From an uncultured Gammaproteobacteria bacterium (GTDB lineage Bacteria; Patescibacteriota; Microgenomatia; UBA10105; UBA927), in NCBI GenBank assembly GCA_964533995.1, contig CAZHOQ010000001.1, positions 1 through 52,254 on the forward strand: a DNA stretch of 52,254 nucleotides, in the 5' to 3' direction. Each line of letters starts with the position of its first letter. The stretch's first letter is position 1. Below are positions 46,290 through 52,254 of this stretch, in pieces. Under the pieces are notes generated by a model. It was not told where the DNA came from. It saw only the letters and a list, made by a program, of their open reading frames with translations, and did no database searches. The position numbers were made by a program, and so were the translations under genes.

Positions 46290-46676
46290 TTAGCTTGGAT
46301 CAAGCTCTGATAGCAAGTATTTTTTTAGTGTATCAAGATATTTGTTCATTTTTTGTTGGTCTTTTGGTCGTTCATGTTTTCCTCCGAGATCACCTCGCCT
46401 TTCGATTTTATCTACATAAACTGCTTTGTCTTGAAGATTAAAAAAGTATACAAGCCTAAAACCGCCGCTTGACCCTCGATTACTATCAGGATCAGGTATT
46501 CGTCCATCCCAAATTTCAAAAATATTGTGTGGAGAGCGAAAAAACAATTTTGTTCTATTTGTTTGGTATCGCTGTACTTGTTGAGCCCAGTCTTTGATTC
46601 TATTTTTTAGATCCTCCGATAGCCCGAGTTCCTCCGAGTCTTTTATGTATTGAGGTGTCTGATTATATGTCCACAT
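46290..46676 (-). CDS. RelE/ParE-superfamily-like toxin candidate (partner of the Panacea antitoxin)
   Basis: IPDPDSNRGSSGGFRLVYFFNLQDKAVYVDKIERRGD resembles the RelE/HigB core (GK-SGG-[YF]-R-hIY...h.h..I..R.D). It lies 14 nt downstream of the antitoxin gene, with a GAGGTG RBS. Confidence 0.55.
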   Translation of the reverse strand: MWTYNQTPQYIKDSEELGLSEDLKNRIKDWAQQVQRYQTNRTKLFFRSPHNIFEIWDGRIPDPDSNRGSSGGFRLVYFFNLQDKAVYVDKIERRGDLGGKHERPKDQQKMNKYLDTLKKYLLSELDPS

Positions 46677-46690
46677 GAGGCACCTCGAAG

Positions 46691-47185
46691 TTATGAAGTG
46701 AAAAATTCGATATCTTTTGCGTAATTAAGATCGACTTCATTATAGAGATCTGAGTAAAACCACGGAGCTTCAAGATGCGTTTGATTAACTATTTTTCCGG
46801 TTGGCCATAGTGTAAATTCGTGACAAATTTTATCTAATAAAGTTTTTTCATATTCCGTAAAAACGGATAAATCAGGATCATCTTTTAATTCAAATTTAAT
46901 CATGCCATTTTCTTCGTAGGCGACACGTTCAGCGCTAAGCCGTCCGTTTTCTACTAATTTACTAATTATTTCTTCGGAAAATTTTGGCACAGGACCATAA
47001 TCTAGGTGTATATATTTGTCGCCTGTCACAGTAGCTGATTTATCTCTAAAAGAGATAAAGTCAAGGTAATAGAGAAGTTTATTTAGTTTTGTTGCTCCAA
47101 GGAATTTGTTATTGCAATACTTTACAAAGTACAGAATAGCGTTTTCGTACTTAGAGGTTTTTAATTCTTTCGGCAATGGGGTCAT
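46691..47185 (-). CDS. Panacea (DUF4065/SocA-like) domain antitoxin candidate
   Basis: GATKLNKLLYYLDFISFRDKSATVTGDKYIHLDYGPVP is the Panacea-domain core. Trimmed to ATG 47185, with GGAGG at 47193-47197 (complement). Confidence 0.7.
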   Translation of the reverse strand: MTPLPKELKTSKYENAILYFVKYCNNKFLGATKLNKLLYYLDFISFRDKSATVTGDKYIHLDYGPVPKFSEEIISKLVENGRLSAERVAYEENGMIKFELKDDPDLSVFTEYEKTLLDKICHEFTLWPTGKIVNQTHLEAPWFYSDLYNEVDLNYAKDIEFFTS

Positions 47186-47280
47186 ATTCGTACCTCCATA
47201 CTTGATTATAGACCACTCTATAAAGGACAACAAGTAAAGTCGTTGCGATCATTAACGATATAGATCATAATATCTCTACA

Positions 47281-47365
47281 CAGCCGGTCAGCTGCACGCT
47301 TTGCGTGGCCTCAAGGTAACAGGAAGGGGCGGCTCTTCCGCGATGACCTTGAGGCTGACCGGCTG
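47281..47365. other. GC-rich 85-nt three-way-junction palindromic element (candidate structured RNA or recombination/insulator site)
   Basis: Outer stem cagccggtca(gc) 47281-47292 pairs with (gc)tgaccggctg 47354-47365. Side hairpin cacgc-ttt-gcgtg at 47295-47307. Long arm gcctcaaggt 47308-47317 pairs with accttgaggc 47346-47355, capped by ggaag/cttcc (47322-47326 with 47335-47339). Confidence 0.5.
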
Positions 47366-47390
47366 AAAGCGAGTGGAGGGTCGTCCCTTT

Positions 47391-47603
47391 ATGTTGAAAA
47401 AACCGGTCAACTTACTCATATTAGTCATTCTTCTTGCCTTCTGGACTCCAGGTATTATTTTCTTTATTGAAATGGCTCAGGAAAATGAAACTCATCCGAT
47501 GATTATTACCGCAGTTGTCATATGGTCGCTGGGTTTAATGTTGTATTGTGCTTATTACAAAGAATTCCATAAGTGGTACAGAAACAAATCCGGAAGGCGG
47601 TAA
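47391..47603 (+). CDS. Small two-TM membrane protein
   Basis: ATG 47391 with GGAGG at 47375-47379; the listed start at 47373 is a GTG. Two hydrophobic helices. Confidence 0.5.
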   Translation: MLKKPVNLLILVILLAFWTPGIIFFIEMAQENETHPMIITAVVIWSLGLMLYCAYYKEFHKWYRNKSGRR

Positions 47604-47605
47604 AT

Positions 47606-48253
47606 ATGCAGCACGCAATATCAGTTGCAGTATCAATCCTCATGTTTGTGCTCGGTAATCCGGCGTGGATGATTGCGCAGCAATATTCCAGGCAGGAAAT
47701 AACTAAAGGGACCAAGGTTGTTGATTATTCACCTGACCATATCCCTAGTGAAAAAATTGAAGATGGTTTGTGCTGGACACGATCCATAGCTGCGCCCAGA
47801 AATGAAAAGGCGTGGCGCTGTCAGGGGCCTGAAAGCACTGCGCCTGGTAGCATTACGCCGTTATTTGATCCCTGTTTTGCATTGGATAACCTTAGCGTCG
47901 TCTGCGGTGTTGACCCCGACAAAACAGATGCCGGTTTGGAGTTGAAGCTGCGTGAGCGGCTCCCCAAGGAAGACATATCAGCAGGTACGAATACTCCCGG
48001 GTTCTGGCGTATCCGTCTGGCTACCGGAGCGTTGTGTGCTCCCCATACCGGCACTATGGGCATGACAAACGAAAAGCGCTTCCTGCTTTATTCTTGTGAT
48101 GACGGAACGGGCATATACGAAGACGGCCTGCACGAATCGGATAGTAAGTACGAAGCGGAGAACGTTACTTACGGGCAGACGGACAATCCGGAAGACGGCG
48201 ATTTTGTAGTGCGCAAGGTTGAAAAAGTAGCGGTTAAAGAAGCCTGGAGGTAA
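47606..48253 (+). CDS. Secreted Cys-rich hypothetical protein
   Basis: ATG 47606 lies 2 nt after the upstream stop. Signal-like MQHAISVAVSILMFVLGNPAWMIAQQ. 8 Cys in the mature part. Confidence 0.55.
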   Translation: MQHAISVAVSILMFVLGNPAWMIAQQYSRQEITKGTKVVDYSPDHIPSEKIEDGLCWTRSIAAPRNEKAWRCQGPESTAPGSITPLFDPCFALDNLSVVCGVDPDKTDAGLELKLRERLPKEDISAGTNTPGFWRIRLATGALCAPHTGTMGMTNEKRFLLYSCDDGTGIYEDGLHESDSKYEAENVTYGQTDNPEDGDFVVRKVEKVAVKEAWR

Positions 48254-48264
48254 AATCCGGACAG

Positions 48265-49047
48265 ATGGATATTCAGAGGATTGAAATTGATATTACGGAT
48301 CCGAAGTATTTAAGCAGATTGGCTTATCTTGTCGATCGGGATGATTTCCTTGATGATGTGGCTGATATCCGTAAGAAAATCGGATTGAATGTCTTGCTTC
48401 GAGAAGATCAGATCAACACATGGCAGGAAAAAGAAGTCAAAAACGGCTACCTCGAGAAGGACAAATACACCAATGAAAAAGGAGTTACAAGCTATTACAC
48501 TTCCTGGCTCCGGTCCGAAAAATTGGTGATAGATTTGCTTCGAAAATACAAAAGACACTGGGAATACTTTATGCCGGTTTATTATGCCGTCCTGACCGGT
48601 CGAATCACTCTGCAGACTTTATCGAATGCTGCATCCTGCGGGTTGATATACCCTGAACAATATTACCGGCAGGTAATGTTAGGAGACAAAGAGCCACAGC
48701 TAGCTATCTTTCTGACGCCAGAAACCACAAGAAAAGAGGTGATTGCCGCGTATGATCACCATTTTCGCCAGACAGTTGATGAGTATAAGAGTCGAACGAG
48801 CTATTCTAGTCCGAAATATTTGGACACGATAACGAATATCAAACGGGATAGGGACTGGTACTGGAAACACAAAATTGGAACAACAAGTTATCAAAAATTA
48901 GCGCTGGAAAAATTAGGGCTAAAACAAAAAAGTGATGCTATCAGCACCTTCAGAAATCCGGTTGCTGAACTAGCGGATACGATTCGAAAGGCCATTAAAC
49001 AGTATGAGAGAAAATTAAACACTCCGATTGCTGTTCCGGAAACTTAG
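48265..49047 (+). CDS. Hypothetical protein
   Basis: 260-aa ORF with GGAGG upstream. No family recognised. Confidence 0.5.
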   Translation: MDIQRIEIDITDPKYLSRLAYLVDRDDFLDDVADIRKKIGLNVLLREDQINTWQEKEVKNGYLEKDKYTNEKGVTSYYTSWLRSEKLVIDLLRKYKRHWEYFMPVYYAVLTGRITLQTLSNAASCGLIYPEQYYRQVMLGDKEPQLAIFLTPETTRKEVIAAYDHHFRQTVDEYKSRTSYSSPKYLDTITNIKRDRDWYWKHKIGTTSYQKLALEKLGLKQKSDAISTFRNPVAELADTIRKAIKQYERKLNTPIAVPET

Positions 49048-49104
49048 CGTTTCGGTAGCCCTCCGCTCCCCACAGATTCAAAACCTCGATAAGCTACCTG
49101 TGTA

Positions 49105-49284
49105 ATGTTATCAGCACAAGCGATTGGTGAATATCAGGATATCTATAAGCGGAAGTTCGGGTCGGAAATTTCGGCGGATGAAGCAAAAGCGCAGGGAGAA
49201 AAGTTACTGAGGGTATTCAGGATTATTTACCAGCCGATACCGAACCAGATTGAAATGAAAACGTATGAACCAGAAAAGATTTAA
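49105..49284 (+). CDS. Small hypothetical ORF (59 aa), just below the ORF-track cutoff
   Basis: Manual translation gives MLSAQAIGEYQDIYKRKFGSEISADEAKAQGEKLLRVFRIIYQPIPNQIEMKTYEPEKI*. It looks helical and charged, and overlaps the next ORF by 20 nt. Confidence 0.3.
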   Translation: MLSAQAIGEYQDIYKRKFGSEISADEAKAQGEKLLRVFRIIYQPIPNQIEMKTYEPEKI

Positions 49285-49501
49285 CCAGCTCGTTTCGTAC
49301 CGAAGAAAGTACCTCTCTATTCTCCGGGCTGTCCACATGAAGTGGGCAGAGACGAATAACTATTTTGCGGACGGGTATGTCGATTGCACCGAAATAGTCG
49401 ATCCTCTCTATCCCTACTATCCGACTCTTACACAGTACGAATCCCTGGTGAGGACGAAAGAATTCCGACACAGGAAGCGTGAGGCATTTTCCCGAGGCTA
49501 G
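49265..49501 (+). CDS. Hypothetical protein
   Basis: 78-aa ORF in the co-directional gene string. No family recognised. Confidence 0.35.
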   Translation: MNQKRFNQLVSYRRKYLSILRAVHMKWAETNNYFADGYVDCTEIVDPLYPYYPTLTQYESLVRTKEFRHRKREAFSRG

Positions 49502-49543
49502 AGATTCCGTCAGAAGAATCAAATCCCTTTGGAAAACAGAATA

Positions 49544-49774
49544 ATGATGGATAACTCAATTGAAACTACGGATCTGTATTTAGGCGCACTGTGGTATGCG
49601 AAAGGCATGAAATTTACAGGCATCCGGCGGGAAGGCAGACAGTGCTGGTTTGTATTCACCAACAAGAAAGAGTGTCAGGTAATGGAGGTTCGGTTTTATG
49701 CACAGGAGGAGACGGTCGTTGCAAAGGCATACGCCGATGCGATCAGGACATTAAAGGGCTTGGTGTTTCATTAA
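49544..49774 (+). CDS. DUF5659-like domain protein
   Basis: TTDLYLGALWYAKGMKFTGIRREGRQCWFVFTNK...AKAYADAIRTLKGLV fits my recollection of the DUF5659 pattern, which is common on phage/plasmid-like elements. The listed start is a TTG; the first ATG is at 49544. Confidence 0.55.
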   Translation: MMDNSIETTDLYLGALWYAKGMKFTGIRREGRQCWFVFTNKKECQVMEVRFYAQEETVVAKAYADAIRTLKGLVFH

Positions 49775-49782
49775 GGATTCTT

Positions 49783-50154
49783 ATGCAGAAAGGCATTGAA
49801 ATTAACATCCGATCGATTAGTACTAGTGTTACGATTGCTGATCAGGGGAACATTTTGGCTTGGGTAGAGCTTCGATATGTCGATAATCAAGGCGTCGATG
49901 TGATTATCATCCGAGGGATGACAGTAAAAAAGAAGTACTCGCCGAGTCATAAAAAAGAGTGGTTATCCGTTGATTTTCCGGGTTATCCCAGAAAAAACGG
50001 CAAATTCTTCAAGTCGTTGTATCTCCCGGATAAAGATCATTGGCAATTGGTTACTCAATCCGTACTGGAAGAGTTCCATGAAGCTACCGGCGGGAAATAT
50101 GTTGGGTTAAACGCACCAAAGGAGGATGTAAATCCGGATGAGGTACCCTTCTGA
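49783..50154 (+). CDS. Hypothetical protein, possibly SpoVG-like fold
   Basis: The internal ATG 49783 lies right after the upstream stop. IEINIRSIS...GNILAWVELRYVD..VIIIRGMTV...LSVDFPGYPRKNGKFFKSLYLPDKDHWQLVTQSVLEEF aligns loosely with the SpoVG layout. Confidence 0.4.
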   Translation: MQKGIEINIRSISTSVTIADQGNILAWVELRYVDNQGVDVIIIRGMTVKKKYSPSHKKEWLSVDFPGYPRKNGKFFKSLYLPDKDHWQLVTQSVLEEFHEATGGKYVGLNAPKEDVNPDEVPF

Positions 50155-50179
50155 CTATATAGTAACTATTACTATATAG
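50155..50179. repeat. Perfect 11-bp inverted repeat with 3-nt spacer
   Basis: ctatatagtaa (50155-50165), spacer cta, ttactatatag (50169-50179), immediately after the stop at 50152-50154. ttactat recurs at about 50205. Confidence 0.6.
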
Positions 50180-50463
50180 GGACGGTAACACATCCTTGTA
50201 AGAGGTTACTATTGTTTGAGTCTGAAGTGGCAGTACTTATAAAAGTAAGCGGATAGATTTGTAATGTCAGTTTTAGCCTTAATTAACATGTCAAATCCTT
50301 GTCAAAAATCCGGTGCTTTTCGATGCGGGGAGACTAAATTTGTAAGGTGGTAGTAGTGAATAGAATTATGCCGGAGAAACCTCACAAATACTACACAAAA
50401 AATCGGGGTATTTAGCCTTAAATGATGAAAAAGTGTGAGGTGCGTTTGACAACGCGTAATTTT

Positions 50464-50567
50464 GGAGGAAAAATAGATATGCACTCAGAATTTTCTTTCG
50501 GGCTTTTTAATGGCCGTCTCGGACAGATCCCGAAAGGTTTCTGAGTGCACCGGGGCGGCCATTTTAT
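50464..50567 (+). promoter_or_regulatory. Leader region of the recombinase gene: RBS plus 21-codon uORF embedded in a long hairpin with an alternative pairing
   Basis: GGAGG 50464-50468. uORF ATG 50479 to TGA 50544 (MHSEFSFGLFNGRLGQIPKGF). Stem 50481-50490 pairs with 50539-50548, and 50495-50502 with 50529-50536. Alternative pairing: aatggccg 50509-50516 with cggccatt 50556-50563, just before ATG 50568. Confidence 0.4.
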
Positions 50568-52254
50568 ATGAACAAATATTATATCTACTGCCGTAAATCA
50601 TCGGAAAGCGAGGACCGGCAGGTGTTGTCCATCGAGTCTCAGACCAGGGAACTCATTGAAGTTGCAAAACGGCGCGAGCTTCAGATCATGCGGACTGTTT
50701 CGGAGTCCAAGTCTGCGAAGGATTTGGGAAGACCGGGATTCAGCGAGCTGATTAACGCAATCGAGTCGAAAGAAATAAACAGCATTCTTGTTTGGCATCC
50801 GGATCGACTCTCCCGTAACCCGCAGGATGCAGCGGCCATTATTTCCTTAATGGATAACGGCAAGCTTTCTGAGGTTTGCACCCCAACCCAGTCGTTTCGA
50901 AATAACCCGATGGATAAGTTCATGCTCGGTTTCTTTATGATGCAGGCAAAGTTCGAAAACGATCATAAAGGTGAAAACGTGAAGGAGGGATTAAAGACGA
51001 AAGCGGAGAAAGGTTGGCTACCCTCCGGAGCAAAGCCCGGCTACATGAACGATAAGTATGCGGAGAAAGGAAACAAGACTATCAGAAAGGATCCTGATCG
51101 GTTCCCGCTCATCAGACGATGCTGGGATTACATGCTGAACGGTGCCTACACCCCTGCGAAGATCCTGCGGCTACTGAACGAGGAGTGGGGTTATACGACA
51201 CCGGTCCGGAAATCCATCGGCGGAAAGCCCATGAGCCGCAGTCAGATCTATACCATGTTTGCTGACCCGTTCTATTACGGACGCTTCGAGTATCCGGTTG
51301 GCAGTGGTGTATGGCACGACGGCAAACATGAACCGATGGTTACGAAAGCGGAGTTCGATCGGGTGCAGGTGCTCATTCACCGGCCGGGATCCCCGCGACC
51401 GAAGAACAAAGAATTTGCTCATACAGGTCTTATGCGGTGCGGTGAATGTTCGGCGTTTATTACGGCTGAGGAAAAATGGCAGGTCATATGTCCCGATTGC
51501 GACTACAAATTCACCGCAGTTAACCGAACCGCCTGTCCGAAATGCAGGAAAGCAGTTGAGGATATGGATGACCCGACGGTCCGGCATTATATTTACTACC
51601 ACTGCACCAAGCGGAAGAACCCGAATTGTACCCAGGGCAGTATTCAGGAAGGAAAGCTGGAGGAACAGATCGATGCGTTTCTTGCCAAAATCGGCATCAC
51701 GGAAGAGTTCAAGCACTGGGCGATCAAATACCTCAACGAACTGAACGACCAGGAAACGGAATCCCGGACGGCATCCCTTCATTCACTGCAGGAGAACTAC
51801 AACCGTCTGCAGGAACAACTGGATAATCTTTTGAAGCTCAAGATATCGTCAGGTAATACCGACGGATCCCTGCTCTCTGACGGAGAATTCCGAAGCCAAA
51901 AAGAACGGCTGACGGTTGAGAAAGACCGGATAAAGGAGTTACTGGACGACACCGACGGCAGAGGCAATCGATGGATGGATACGGCGGAGAAAGCCTTCGA
52001 TTTCGCGGTTCATGCGCGGTATTGGTTTGCGCACGGATCGCCGGCCGAGAAGCGGGAGATCATGGTAGCAATCGGTTCGAACCTCGTATTCCAAAATAAA
52101 ATGCTGCGTCTGGACCTGCAGAAACCATACTGTTATCTGGAAGAAGCCATAAAAGCGGAACCGACGATATCCCAAATGTTCGAACCCGGAAAGGAGAAGG
52201 TATCAACAGCCGAAATGGAAGCCGTGTGGGCTCAAAATCTATCAATGCTCCCCC
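50568..52254 (+). CDS. Large serine recombinase (resolvase domain + recombinase domain + zinc ribbon + coiled coil), 3' end outside the window
   Basis: It is not in the ORF track because no stop is reached. Manual translation gives MNKYYIYCRKSSESEDRQVLSIESQ (catalytic Ser context), HPDRLSRN, FYYGRFEY and the Cys cluster CGECSAFITAEEKWQVICPDCDYKF...CPKCRK...YYHCTKRKNPNC. The frame is open to base 52254. Confidence 0.9.
   Translation, partial: MNKYYIYCRKSSESEDRQVLSIESQTRELIEVAKRRELQIMRTVSESKSAKDLGRPGFSELINAIESKEINSILVWHPDRLSRNPQDAAAIISLMDNGKLSEVCTPTQSFRNNPMDKFMLGFFMMQAKFENDHKGENVKEGLKTKAEKGWLPSGAKPGYMNDKYAEKGNKTIRKDPDRFPLIRRCWDYMLNGAYTPAKILRLLNEEWGYTTPVRKSIGGKPMSRSQIYTMFADPFYYGRFEYPVGSGVWHDGKHEPMVTKAEFDRVQVLIHRPGSPRPKNKEFAHTGLMRCGECSAFITAEEKWQVICPDCDYKFTAVNRTACPKCRKAVEDMDDPTVRHYIYYHCTKRKNPNCTQGSIQEGKLEEQIDAFLAKIGITEEFKHWAIKYLNELNDQETESRTASLHSLQENYNRLQEQLDNLLKLKISSGNTDGSLLSDGEFRSQKERLTVEKDRIKELLDDTDGRGNRWMDTAEKAFDFAVHARYWFAHGSPAEKREIMVAIGSNLVFQNKMLRLDLQKPYCYLEEAIKAEPTISQMFEPGKEKVSTAEMEAVWAQNLSMLP

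Larger units (their letters stand above)
41700..52254. mobile_element. Putative integrated mobile / defence island (left edge approximate, right end beyond the window)
   Basis: Composition drops abruptly after about 41.7 kb. Lines at 42301 and 44401 each count 21/60 G+C, against 32/60 for a core line at 9001. Cargo is a NACHT protein, a TA pair and phage-like small genes, with a large serine recombinase at the right side. Confidence 0.55.

Noticed and set aside
50302-50484. 60-aa minus-strand ORF in the non-coding stretch before the recombinase.
   Set aside because: It has no RBS and an odd His/Leu/Phe-rich composition. It overlaps the leader hairpin and uORF region and is barely above the length cutoff in AT-rich DNA, where random ORFs are common.
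1-52254. CRISPR arrays, rRNA genes, and diversity-generating retroelement (RT plus TR/VR repeats).
   Set aside because: No regularly spaced direct repeats, no rRNA-like conserved stretches, and no reverse-transcriptase (YxDD) ORF were seen. Absence by eye is not proof; a repeat finder and Infernal scan would settle it.

Overview
This 52.25-kb window is bacterial chromosome. All calls come from reading the translated ORFs and the DNA by eye; no database search was run.

The gene content (a large type IV pilus locus with many pseudopilins and few core metabolic genes) would fit an uncultivated, possibly Patescibacteria/CPR-like lineage. That assignment is inference only.

The window has three parts.

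(1) Bases 1-19.7 kb:
- A 5'-truncated GH18 gene.
- A type IV pilus locus: pilB, pilC, then three pseudopilin-like genes, a gene with a C-terminal TM anchor, a 978-aa pilin-like giant and the major pilin.
- The pilus locus is split by a CheY-like regulator, a 7TM-GAF histidine kinase and a tightly coupled 3-gene cassette (MIO-type ammonia-lyase/aminomutase, PaaK/F390-like adenylating enzyme, ThiF/E1-like enzyme).
- typA/bipA and an FTR1 iron permease follow.

(2) Bases 19.8-41.6 kb, an accessory tract of mostly single-domain genes:
- Cupins, a sulfatase-like enzyme, a beta-helix protein, a minimal [FeFe]-hydrogenase H-domain-like protein, a clan GH-A hydrolase, NUDIX, LOG and a thioredoxin-DsbD fusion.
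- A stand-alone LigD phosphoesterase, a BBE-type FAD oxidase, DUF1905, YdeI-like, DUF1801, DUF2200, an HxlR/quinone-reductase pair and VOC proteins.
- Several genes here are visibly frameshifted or truncated.

(3) Bases 41.7 kb to the end, a compositionally distinct AT-rich mobile/defence island:
- A 1425-aa NACHT (NLR-like) NTPase with helical repeats and a C-terminal PD-(D/E)xK-like module.
- A Panacea-antitoxin/RelE-like toxin pair.
- Unusual GC-rich structured palindromic elements.
- A small phage/plasmid-like module (DUF5659, SpoVG-like).
- A large serine recombinase that runs off the window.

The two best candidates for something undescribed are the NACHT-repeat-nuclease gene with its neighbourhood, and the lyase-ligase-E1 cassette wired between a two-component system and pilus genes. 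I saw no rRNA, tRNA or CRISPR array.
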